A stretch of DNA of 64,000 bases from Plasmodiophora brassicae (taxonomy: Eukaryota): positions 558,001 to 622,000 of the forward strand of contig CP145421.1 in the NCBI GenBank assembly GCA_036867785.1. The letters are read 5' to 3'. The position numbers and the translations under genes are program-made. A model generated the notes under the pieces. It worked only from the letters and a program-made list of their open reading frames with translations, was not told the DNA's origin and did no database searches. Below are positions 14,201 through 26,015 of this stretch, piece by piece (position 1 is the first letter of the stretch; every line of letters begins with the position of its first letter).

Positions 14201-17200
14201 CGCCAGATCGGTAGGTGACGCGCAAGCCAGTTATAAACAGGCTGTCGCTCCAAATGCACAATTCCTCAATGCGCGACTCGTCGGGAGCCGAGAGTTGCTC
14301 AACGAACGTCGAATCGTCAAACGAGATCACTGGAATACGCGCGTTGACCTCAGATGGGCCCACCGACTTCGAGTAGACTACATCGCCGGAGAAGCGAAGC
14401 AGACTTCCCGTTTCATCAGCACATTCCGGATCATGCAACTCCCGTCGGCGCTTCTCAAGTGCAAGCGCGCGCGCTTCGAGGTTGCTGGTCATGTTGACGA
14501 GACCATCCGCCAGGGGTTCCGTAGTTGCAAGGGCCCGCTGACCAATCAGGTTCCCGAATCCAGCATCGATGAAAAGCGCAACGAAATCAGGATTCTCAAA
14601 CAGTCCCAAAAGAACCTTGAGCGCTTGCCGATGCATCTGCATGAGGATCTGGCGAGCAGTGGGTAGACGAGCGACGTTCTTTGAAATCGGAGTCGATAGG
14701 AACGTGCCCAGCAGCCTCAGAAGCTCGGAAGGGTTCTTTATATGGGAGAGTGACAGTTCGACGTTCGATCGAGCAGAAAGCTGAGCAGCCTCGCTCACAG
14801 TAACATCATCCCCGTTGTCAAGGTTGACAACGACGACAATGCCCCGGTTCGGTTCACGAACGATGCGAGTGACGGTGCCTTCCAACGACTGGCCATCAGT
14901 TGAATCCACTGCGACCCGCGCGCCCTGCCGGATGGATTCGATATTGCCACCGAGTACAGATAGAGCTGAAACGACACGACGAACGGCGGCGCAGAACTCT
15001 CCAGGAACAGCTGGCGCGCTCCAGTCGAGATCTTTCGAATGTTGCAAGCGGAGAACGCGACACAACGAATCGAACTCCGATGGGATTCTGACGAGATGCT
15101 GCAACCCGGACCAGAGAACATCGTTGAAGAGAACTTTCCAGAGGGTAGACCGCATCAAGACGCGTGACAATGACACATATTCGCTTCCGAGAGCATCGCT
15201 CTCGATGCTCCAGGGAACAAATCGACTCTGCTGGACAGTGGGCTTATCGCCAACAAGAGGAAAGTAGCCATCAGGGGGATTGTGGGTCCATTTACTCGGG
15301 TCGAACACGAAACGAATGCTTTCTCCGGCCGACATTGAAATGGCAGGATACACAGACGCACCGCCCGAGCAGCGCTTTGACGAATCGCCCGAGGCGTTTC
15401 CCCGAATGTTGGAGAAGGCGAGACCAAGGTCCTGGCCAGACAGGGTGTACCGAATTTCCCCCGAACCATCTAGGTCGAGAAGAACGCCAACAACATCGCC
15501 CACTTTCCATGGCGCCTGACTTGCTCCGTATGCTGCCGAACCGTCGTGCCACTTTTTACCACGTAGCCCGTCGTAGGCCCAGGAGACTTTATCGTCACCA
15601 ACACCGTCTCCGGCACCAGCAGGGCTGAATTCCGCAAGGCAGAACCCGATCTGCTGAAGGCCAGCGGACTCAAGGACAGCTTCGAAGTACCACTTACCAG
15701 AGGAGACGGAGACATCGGCAACCGCAGTGGCAAAGCCCGTTGTAGATTTGAGATGATGCCAACCAGAAATTTCAATCGTACCACGTCTGACCTCGAATGA
15801 AAGAGAAGCAGGCCCAGAACGCGCACTGCACCGTTGCTTATACTGACGAAGAGACGCATCGATCGCTGCTTTTCGAGACTTGGACTCAACGTCATCGATA
15901 GCTGCGGAACGCGCTGAGGAGGGATCACACCGAGGAGGCAACTGGAAGCTAGCGTCAGCGGCGCGCTCAAGAAATTCAGCAATCAGCTCGTATTTGCGAG
16001 ACGCTCCTGGAGCAGCACGCGAGGAGCTAGCAACATTAGCAGTACAGCCATCGTCGATGACCATGGCTGATGAGCCGGGAGAATTGTCGATGGTGGGGGA
16101 CGCTGTAGGTGACGGCAGTTGGAAGGCCGACGAAATCAGTCTGTCATCGCTAGGAGAGATTCCTGGGAGAATATACCGGCAGATTCGAACTGCAAGTAGG
16201 CGACCAAGAGGCGATCCATGCGCCGCTGCATCGAGAATCATACGTATCCATGAACGCGACGTAAGGATCTTCTGGACAGCTGGGAAGGGGCAGCATCGAA
16301 GAAGCATCCAAAGATACTGGTTGAGATACGCGTCTAGCTCGCCGACAGCGGGCGCTTCCTGACGGGTAATAGGACGTCCTCGAAGACCGACGTCATCGAA
16401 ATCGTTCTTGAACCAGAATACAGATGCGTCTCCGAGATGTGCTTCGCGAATGCGAACGTGCCATGATGTGTGGTCGATATCAGCAATCCGTGGATCTTCT
16501 TCAGGGACAGGAGTTTGCATGAAGGCGACCCTTGATTGATAGCCGGTCATGGAGACTGCAGCGAAGACAGGGCCAGTAAGGTTGTCGAAAGCGATACCCT
16601 GCGAGACGCCATTCTTGAAGAACTCAATGGTCCCCGCATCGAAATCCAATTGGACCCCAACAGTGTCCGCAGCTGTGTACGTGGCGCCATAGGGCCGGTT
16701 CGTGCTGGAATTGTAATTCTTGTGACCTAGGCCGCCGATGTAGCCCCAGCCACCCTGCGATCCGATCCATGTGCTCGTGTTATTGATCATGAACCGATGG
16801 GGAACAACGCCAATAATAAATTTCCACGAATTACTACCATGTCCATCCCGGTCGATTCGGAACTCGAGAAGATGTCGACCAAACGAATAGGCTTGGACAC
16901 CTTTGACGGTATGCCATGATTCAGTCGTATTGGTGTGCGTAATGACAGTTGGTCGAGTCGGATCGTCGCCGCCGAATTCAATTTCTCGCGTATCCCGTAT
17001 ATCCCAGTAATCATGTGTGCTTCCAGAAGGGGCACGATGCATTGCGTCATGCCCCGACCCACGCCCCTGCGAAGTGGCGCTCGTCGACGACGATATGAGC
17101 TCAGCGTCGCCATCAAGGATACCGTAAAACTCGATTCCCGATAAAGCGAGATACCAGTGGTCGTTTGAGTTTTGCCCGGTCATGAAGATTCGGAAATGGG

Positions 17201-20200
17201 AATACGATTCAGTGCAGTTGGAAACATCCCAAGTGTGAGTAGCTCCACGTTTCTCCAGGGACCGATCGTTCTGATGAGCTCGAAGAACGACCCATGTCGA
17301 TCCGTCATTGGATCCCTCGAGGTTCCAAGAACGAAGAGCCTCAGTGTCCCACGAGGAATAGTGACGGAGAGTGTACCGAGTGGGAATAAGAGAGTGCTCA
17401 AGAAGATCGACTGCGAACCATTGGTTCGGAGAAGGCTGTGTCACACATCGGACAGCAGTTCGACCGACAACAGAAGAGATCGGGTTCGAGTCACTCTGAA
17501 CAGACGACGAGGTAACCTTTACAACGCCGAGGTCGTGTGGGTTACGCCAAGGTTCCGTGCCGCCAGAGGTGCCCAAGTAGTAGAGAACACCTTTCGTATC
17601 GAAGTCGGCCTCATAAACGAACTCGAGGCCTTTCTGCTCGACGTCCTCGCTGACGAGTTCCTCGTCCTGTCGTGCCAGCTCCTCGTTCTCCTCGAAGCTC
17701 AAAGCGCATAGGTTACATGATTCGGAAGCGTTCTCGTTGAAGAACGTACATCGTCGGCACTGCCATGAGACACGAGCCACATTGGGTTGGGCACCGCGGC
17801 CATCCTGGTCGATTTCCATGTCAGCGGCGTCGGCAAGCACAGATCGCAACTGCATAGCCGATGATGATTCCTGATGTTGGCGCATCCGCCAGAGCAATGA
17901 AATATGCTCAAAAGATGTTCGCAATATGACGTCGAGGCAATCAATCGATGGAGCGGGATTACTGGACGCTGCATACGCAAGCATTCGGAACAAGGACCAC
18001 GCCCCGAAACGGATGTTCCAAGGGCAGCGCCTCAAGTGAGCTTGGCGAACGCAATTTGAACGGGCAACGTCATCGAGAAGGAGGGCCTTGTTCGACCCAG
18101 TGAATGCAAAGATGGGCGCCAGCCACTCCACAAGGCCGATTCGATGCAAGATCATCAAATCGTGAGGAGCGAAATCGATGTTGCAAACGTCGAGAAGGTG
18201 AAGGCGAGAAACGTCATCGAGTTCATCCCGCGTCATAAGCGATGATACAATGTCGAAATATGTCTCGTGCAACTGCTCGGTGAGAACTGGGCCGACGGTA
18301 GGGACATCCGCAGTAAGATGCCTTTTCGTGACTTTTGCTACCTTGGTGCCGACATCAGAAGAACGACGAAACGCGGCATTGAGATGGAAAAGCAATTCTG
18401 GCAGAAGGCCTGGCCGTCGGACCGACTTGACCAGTTTGAAGAACTGCCGAAGACCGAGAAGTCGCATGACGGCCCTGGTTCTCTGAGCGACCAAGCCTTC
18501 GTTAATGGCATCAAGGTCAACGTAACGAGCCAGCATGAACTTCATGACAACGCGAATCAAGACAGATTCTGGATCTTGCTTAACGGAAGCCAGGCGTGTT
18601 CGTACAAGCATGAGCTCCTTCAGACGGCGCAGCGCTTTCATTGTGTTCTTGAGAAGTTTGGTCATCACACGGGCTTGCGTCCACTTGTTCGATTTCTGCA
18701 TCAGGATTAGGGGTCCGGTCAGCTCTGTTATGGAATTGGCACGCGAGGGCAAGTTAGAGCTTGGGCCGCCAGATGCCGACTCCGAGCTCACAGCAGACTC
18801 GAAGTTCCCATTCTGCATAGCCGTTAGCATTGCCAGGTCGCCTTCCGAAGACGATGTCGTTAAAAACGCCTCAGTTCCGTTGCCATGCTTGTCGCTACCG
18901 CAGGACGGGAAGTCGTTTCCAGTTGCGCCACCGTCAGGCTCGTTGACGGCAGCGAACCCGTCGTCCGCACAGATGTGAAGCAGAAATTCGACACGCTCCC
19001 CAATGACGCTTAGCGACGCGTCAATATCCTCGCCCTGAGCCTTCAGCGAACGCAGTTCAAGCTTCATCTCCTGGGCCTTCTTCCAAAGGCGGACGATTCT
19101 ATCCGGTGGTTTGGCATCGTCATCCTGCGTGTTCACGACGGCCATTGCCAGCTCGACGCAACGCGTGTGCTTCAGAAGGACTGCGAATACACCAGCCGTC
19201 GCTTTGTTGGCGTGATCGGACACAGACCGTTGGACGATATGCCGATCGGGGATGAGCCGGTTGAGTTTGGCAAGTAGAATGCGCCCAACGTCCTCGTTTG
19301 CCACAATGCTTCGAAGGAACCGCATCTGATCGCCTGGTGACATCAAGGATTGCATAGGGCTTCCAGGAGGTTTCTCCTGAGGCCGATGCACATCACCAGG
19401 AGCCAATGCTGGATCATTAAGGTCAAGGCCAGATTCAATAAGAAAAGGCGAAAGGCACGGGAAGAGGCCGTGCGACTGTTCAACACCAGATTTGAACAGA
19501 GCAGCATTTGAACCCTGGAGCTCCCGTTCAGACCGTCCGACAGCCGGGCCCACAATAAGCGCCGCTCCCAGCCTCCCACAGATCCATGCAATATTCGCAG
19601 TGAAGTCGTCAAGCCAAGAGAGCGGTGTCACAAGAACAGTACCGAGAACGTTGAGCCGATATCCCCAGCCAGAGCCAGAAGAACCGGAGTGGAAGTAGAC
19701 AACCACAGTGTCACCGGGCACAGCGATAGGTTCAGCAGGCCAATTGCTGCCGTCAGCGGGACCAAACAGACGGTCAGTCAGAGCATCCTTCTTGTTGGGC
19801 AGCCGGAACAGCTGTACGTAATCCTCCTCAGACTGCGTACTGCATCGGGTTGTGTCGAAAGTGACGACCATCGACTGAGCATCCTTGATCGTGATTACCT
19901 CCTCCCGATCAACATTGTTTCTGTACGGGTGACGGCTCTGTACGACGCGGCGCTTGTCCACCGACATTTCGTGTTCCGGCAGACTGATTTCGCGAACGAA
20001 GCAGCACAATCGGTCACACTGCGTCAAGAACTCTGACAAGATCGGAAGAAGATACAGAGCCATTTCAGGGCCATCGGCCTGGCCGGCGAACAGGCACAAA
20101 GACGCAATTAAGGGCCGCGTCAGCTTGCAGACCAGAGATTCCCGTAAGATGTCTTCGCCGACGCGCCTAAGACCTTCAGAAGTTTGGTCGTTGGCGACAA

Positions 20201-22800
20201 TGTCAGATGCCAATCGGACCACGCCAAAGGACGCCGACAGTAGTGTCTTGCTGTACTCCCAAACGACGGCCAGCATCGCCCGGCGGATGCGGATCTTCTC
20301 AGGGTCCTCGACCTCCGGTAACGATTCGACCATAGACGAACTTGCACTGTCGCGATCCAACGGGGGCGGGCCAGAGGTAGAGATTGCATGCCCATTGGCC
20401 GCTTCGGCCATCGTTTCATCCACCGCTCTCGTAGCCATGGGGGCCCCGCTCGCATCATCCGTAGTGTTGTTGCCGGAAGACGGATCATTAACATCCATGT
20501 TCCCATCCGTATCAAGAGCGTCAGCCTGCCGCCGAACTGGGGATGTAGACGAGGAAACTCCACCAGCTGCCTGTTCATCGTCATCATCACCGGCAGGCTG
20601 AGGTACAACGTCGGATTCCGAGTGCCTGGATCGGTTCCGGCCTGTGGATTCGGATGAAGCCGCTGCAGGCGGCTCCAAATACAGGCCTGCCCTTGATAGC
20701 AGATGTTTCTGGAAGTTCTGCAAGATTACCAGGATGTTTGAATCCGGCAGTGTCTTGCCTGTGGAACGAAGGGCATCGGTTACTTCGTTGACGCTAGCCG
20801 AAATCAGGCTGTTCAGAACTCCCATCACCATGGGGCTGGATGGCGATGGAGACCCATGCAAGGACGCCTGCTCAAGTTCATCCAGCAGAAGCGAGCCGGC
20901 GCTGAATGATGCGAAGCGGGACAACAGCAGCTCGAGAAGGTCGCGCTCAGGTCCGGATAAAACGTCGCCCGCAGCCACAGGGGCGTCAGCTCTGGCCCTG
21001 GCTGCGTTGAACTTGCCGATGAGTCGACCCAAGTAAGCAACTTGGTCAGACACAGCTGAATAGAAGAACTCAAATGCTTCGGCAAGTATCTGCGCGGCTT
21101 CAGACTGGACAACAGACGAGACGATCGCAGACGTGCCCATCAGCACTTCGTCTGAGCGTGCAGCCGATGGCGTCTCCAGGAACCGAAAGATTTGGACACG
21201 GATACGGTCGACAACATCGGGGCCGATACTGAACTCGCTATGCGGCAACTTGGCACGGACCAGTTGGTACAAGTGCACTTTCAGGATCCGAAGACAGGCA
21301 ACAACGATGTACATGTTCGGAATGTACATCGAATCGGGACACGCCCGGCTGTTGAAGTACCCAGGAGAGACGGCGTCGAGGATGTCCGATAGAACAACCA
21401 GCGTTTCGGGCTTGACGTCGACGCACAGCGGTTTGTACAGGACGGCAAGGCGATTTGGGTCGTCATTCCAGATGTCCTCATCGGGTTGTCGGGCGAATGG
21501 CTGTGACAGCCGGTCGAGCTGCGCGATGATTACAAGAATCGCAATGCGGCTGTCGACAGGGTCCTGCGAGCTCAACCCGGCCAGATCAGGTACACAACGC
21601 CGCATGACCTCGTCTGGCGCGTGTGGAAACGCGCTCGGAGAGACCGCCGAACGCGTGTCAGAAGCAATACCGTCAACAGCGGGTTCTTTCTGGTCGTCCC
21701 CATCAAATCCCGGGACACTACCGCGACGACGAGCACTTGCAAGTGTGGCCCCACCGCCGAGGCTCGTCAGGCTGTGCCGCCTTTCGGATGCTAACGATAG
21801 CTTGCGCACAAGAGCAGCGGAGGGGTCGACTAGGGCGGCCTTTGCGATGACGTTGGAGTGGAGAGCCTCGGCGGACGCGGGGCCATCCGAGCCAGCCGCC
21901 GCCAGTGTGCTGCCGCCGTTCCTGGAGCTCGACTGATGACTGGTCAGGCAGCGCAGGAACGAGCCGATGGCGAACAGGCCGCCTTTGCCTTCACGGTCAC
22001 TTGCAAGCAGGACTTTGCAGAGCGACAGCAGCTCGAGCAGCGACCCACGAGCCAGGGCGATCCCAAACAGGACCGTGGTCGCCTTGGAGCGCCGTTCAGC
22101 GGAATGGTCGCCCGAGATGACCAGCGCGCGAATGTAGTCCAGCAGAGGTCGGAGGCCGTTGGCGATGTCGGGGCTGAAGTTCGGCCCATCAGTCAGCGTC
22201 AACGGTGGCGTATCATCGAGGATCTCGCACAGCAGGTCGAGGATGTCATCCATGACGCCGGAATCCGTCTGCTGCGCCGACTTGATCAAGATGAGGAACA
22301 TCTTCACCGACGTCTTAATGCCGATCTTCGCGCTGGCCGGCAACGGCGGCGCGTCCGTCTCGATGCGGCTCTTGAGCGCGTTCGCGGAGGCCTGCGTCCG
22401 GTTCCGATCGCGAACGATCTCACGCCGGACCGCATTGTGGATCTTGCGAATGGCGTGGATGCGCTTGTTGATCTCAATCGAATACGCGTTCGATTTCCGG
22501 TCGCTGCTTAGGCTCGCGATGTCCTCCATGAGTTCGTGCTGGACCTTCTTCGTGTGCGGGCGGAACCCGAATACGGGCCCGGTCGATTCCGGTCGCGTGT
22601 CGAATTTCTTGAAGCGGGGCCGTTTGAAATCGCGGGCGTATCGCTTCAGGAATCCCTCTTCGAAAATGTCCTCGTTGGCGGCGACCAGCCTGCACGCCAA
22701 TGATGAGAAATTAGCACGGTCCGTCATTCAGGGGAACGCACTTCTCGTCGGTTTCGTCGCTGGCGCCGACATCCCCAACGATGGACGGGTTGTTGCCCAT
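5298..22800 (-). CDS. Giant HECT-type E3 ubiquitin ligase (HERC/HECTD1-like mosaic), ~5,800 aa; exon 1 22800-22742, exon 2 22689-5298
   Basis: The 5809-aa ORF has a C-terminal HECT domain (DYGGPYRQSI...FLRFVWGRSRLP...LPISHTCFFSLELPRY; catalytic Cys ~5475-5477), RCC1 repeats (~13000-11920), 2 SPRY domains, 4 HECTD1-type SUN/galactose-binding-like domains, a RanBP2 zinc finger and 2 UBA-like domains. A 52-nt GT-AG intron (22741-22690) joins MGNNPS...DEK in frame to LVAANED. Confidence 0.93.
7145..17625 (-). repeat. Four dispersed intragenic copies of a ~170-aa SUN/galactose-binding-like domain (~17625-17115, ~13815-13310, ~8205-7695, ~7660-7145)
   Basis: Each copy shares the pattern D[FM]D.[NK]G.[LI]Y[YF]LG...NP...VGR.AVRC...WF..D...PT.YTLRHYSS[WY]DTEA[LV]R.W...GS.DG..W..L..H..D...NSN...Y..LSG.E.YG. 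Confidence 0.9.
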
Positions 22801-23345
22801 GGCGCCGACGACGCGACGTCAAGCACGACGCGATATTCGTCGACGGCCGCGGCCAACCGTCCCAATGTGCGTCGAATAGGGACCGGGATCGCACGAGGGT
22901 ACCCTGCTGGCCGCCCGTGTCCGCCCCCGGGTTCGCAATGGGCCTATCCCTTCGCCTGCCTATGGGCCTAGCGATATAGGTAGACCGCCAGTCTCAGATT
23001 CGACTGAGAGCGTCACGCCCCGAGCGATTAAGTATTTTCGGGACGGGGATCCGAAAATCCATCCTCCCCTCGCTGGAACCGCCACACGTCCCCAAAACAG
23101 GACTCCGTGGTACCGCGGACACGGGACACCTGATCGTTCCAAACGCAGAGCTGCCTGCAGGCTGTTAACTGACCCCGATGCCGTCCCATTGAGTAAACCG
23201 CATTGGGTTTGGTTGGCGGACGGAGGGAAGCAGGCGATACTGGTGGAGGTTCCATTCTCGTCCCGGGGGAGGGATGATCATATGAGGACGATGACGTGCG
23301 TAGGGGCGCGTGCCCGAGGCGTATATATCCAGTACGGTCCTGTCG

Positions 23346-25104
23346 ATGTCGATGGCGATGCTGATACGGGGACGCACGTATTGTTCAGGAGCCGAACCCG
23401 TGCCGGCGTCCGTTCCGAGGACGCTCGTTCCGATTATTTCGCACCGGAGGCAGTCCGCCCCCTCGGTTCGCGAACAGGTTGTATCGTCACCAGATGAGCA
23501 CATCGGGGAGCGCTCCAGGCCGTCGTCGGCCCCGTCGCGACACCGCCACCTGAACCGTAAGAATCCATCTCAATCCAGGAAGCTTCCGAGGCCCTATCGC
23601 CCCCAGGAACAATCGTTGGTGTCCACGTTCGTCGCCGATGCGCAAGTGTCCGCCATGAAGCGGATCGCGGTCGCCTTGCGAAAACAGAGGGAACGCGAAC
23701 TTGACCTGCAGAAGGAGATCGTCGCCAAACAGCGATCCATGATGGACGCCCTGGAACTCAGACGACAACGCTTTAGGCCAGAGTCCACCGTGAAGCCTCC
23801 AAGGCCGCTACCGCGTCCCGCGCCCGCATCTGCCTCATCGAGGCCAACGAGAATCTGGTAGGCGCCTGGCGCCTTAACCGCAACGTCCTTATAACGTTTC
23901 CGGGTAGCATAATCGGAGCTGGACCCGTTGGGCTCTTCACCGCCATCCTCATCTGTATGAAGCACGGCAGGCTTCTAGCAAACAGCAACGGCGAGCTGAA
24001 GTTTGTTCGTTCGCCGGCGTTCCCCATCATACACGTTTTCGAGCGGCGATCAGGGAAGGAATGGGGTCGACGAACGCAGACCATCGTGATCCACCATGCG
24101 ACACATGCGATGCTATCCCGGGTGATTCCCAGCGTGGATAACGATGTCCTGCCGTCCTGTCCGATCAACGCCCTGGAGCGGCGCTTCCGTCCGTTCCTGG
24201 AGCGCACGCTTGGAGTCCACGTTGAGCATCGGAACGTGCAAGGCAACCGTGAGATGCTGGACATGGGTGCCGACTGCGTCATCTGGGCTGGTGGGCGCGG
24301 ATCGCCTTCGCCGGGCGTTAGAGAGCGCCTGGGCATGCAGGTCAGCGTCGGTCGCAGCGAGAACGCCCTGATCTTCACGTTCCTGAAGGGTGGCGATGCC
24401 GCCGACACCGGCACCGTCGAACGCCTCGCCGAATGCGTTCACCTTGTGCCCAACCCGTCCAACCTGCGGATCCTGGTCAGGCCGCCCAGCACGTCCTCCT
24501 CCTCTCGTGGCCGTCTCTGGATCATCGGCATCCACAACGACCTGTTCGAGCGAGGCACCGCCTGCGACGAGCAGGATCGACACGGGACCATGGTACAGGC
24601 TTGGGCTGCCGCCCGCGTGGGCACCGGGAGCGATCGGAAAGGGCACGTTGCTGCTGTTCGCCAGATCCTGGTAACCAACTGGGCCGGTGGTACAATTATT
24701 CGTTATGAACGTCCCCCGGAACAGGCTGACATGGAGGGACGCGTTGGCCCGATGCCGTGCTCGTTGCACAAGTTGGCGGCGGCGCACTTCAAATCGAAAC
24801 GAGCGACAGCGTATGTCGAGGCCGACTACGATGACGTGAAACAGCACGTCCCGATTGTGCTCGTCGGTGATGCCGCGTTTGGGAAACCGTTCTCGACGGT
24901 GGGGCGCGATGGCACCCTGATCTGGCTGCTCTGACACCGCAACAGGGAACGACGTTGAACAACCACCTGCTGGACGCCAACCTGCTCGTGTCGAAGACGG
25001 AATGGACGCGCGACAACCTAAGCCATACCGGCCATCGTGCATTCGCTGCGTACGATCAGAACTATCTGTCCCGAGTGTCGGCCCCGAGGTTCAATCCACG
25101 ATGA
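23346..25104 (+). CDS. FAD-dependent monooxygenase/oxidoreductase with basic coiled-coil N-terminal extension (3 exons; introns 23858-23907 and 24899-24945)
   Basis: Splicing reconstitutes the Rossmann motif RICIIGAGPVGLFTAILI and the second FAD motif VLVGDAAFGKPFST|GTTLNNHLLDA. Also present are IHVFERR and DCVIWAGGRGS. The start codon is uncertain. Confidence 0.75.
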
Positions 25105-25189
25105 AGCGGGGCTGCTCTGCAGGAGAAACGGCGTTAAGCAATATTAAGTACCGATCGTCAGGTGCAGATATCACCTCCTTGTCGCGTGG

Positions 25190-25921
25190 TTGAATATCTC
25201 GACTGGCTACGAATCTGCTGTCCTGCCGTCGTCATCCACGAGGTACGCTGACGCCGAGCTGGGCAGGGTATCGTTGCCCGGCGGCCGCATGAGGAAATGG
25301 AAACGAGGTAGTGGGAGGATCACGCCGGAGCCGTCGTTCGTGTCGAACTTCGACAACCCTCTCGGGCAGATTGTCACGCGGCAACCGTCGCTGGCCGACG
25401 TTAGCGAAGTCGTCGTCGTGAAGAAGATGGACTGGTTCGGCAGGGAAACGTCGGACGCGTGTGGCCGCATCCTCGACCGATACCGAATCCTGCTGTCGCT
25501 CCAGAAGTCGACGGAATTCATTCGACATGTACATCGGGTCGTTATCCAACGACCGATCCTGGATTGCAAGCTGACCACGCTGGATACGATCACCGTGTTC
25601 AGAACCGAACCGGACAAGGCACCGTATGCAGCCGAAATGATGACCGCAAGGACCGAGTGGGATTGCGACAAACAGCTTCCAAGACGGATACGAGTCCTGC
25701 ATCGGAAGACAGAGATGTTCAGTCAGCCGTCCGAACAGGTGCCGAACGGATGCGAGACCAGTGACATATTCTGCTGGCCGAAGGTCGACAAGGGCCGAAC
25801 GCGCTTCGAGTACATGGTCGAAAGCGGCAAGGCCAACGAAGGAAGCAGCGGCGGCGGCGGGACATCACGCTCGTTAGCGTGGTCCAAGGCAAGCGGCGGG
25901 AGCATGTCCCAATCCCGATAA
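25190..25921 (+). CDS. Hypothetical protein (first ATG in the ORF at 25289; may have an upstream exon)
   Basis: 243-codon ORF with host-like codon usage and no recognised motif. Confidence 0.45.
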   Translation: MNISTGYESAVLPSSSTRYADAELGRVSLPGGRMRKWKRGSGRITPEPSFVSNFDNPLGQIVTRQPSLADVSEVVVVKKMDWFGRETSDACGRILDRYRILLSLQKSTEFIRHVHRVVIQRPILDCKLTTLDTITVFRTEPDKAPYAAEMMTARTEWDCDKQLPRRIRVLHRKTEMFSQPSEQVPNGCETSDIFCWPKVDKGRTRFEYMVESGKANEGSSGGGGTSRSLAWSKASGGSMSQSR

Positions 25922-26015
25922 GCGGTAACGGGACCACATAGCCGATGACGTCAGGTCGACTTCGTCGCCTAAATGGTGCATGGATCTGTATTTCAATTAG
26001 TATACGCGTAAGAGA

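Noticed and set aside
23858-23907. ccttaac branch-like motif suggesting a U12-type intron
   Set aside because: The donor is GTAGGC, not the U12 consensus [GA]TATCCT.
25002-25289. Possible fusion of the monooxygenase with the downstream 25190-25921 ORF
   Set aside because: The simple splice options I tried run into stop codons, so I left them as separate genes pending RNA evidence.
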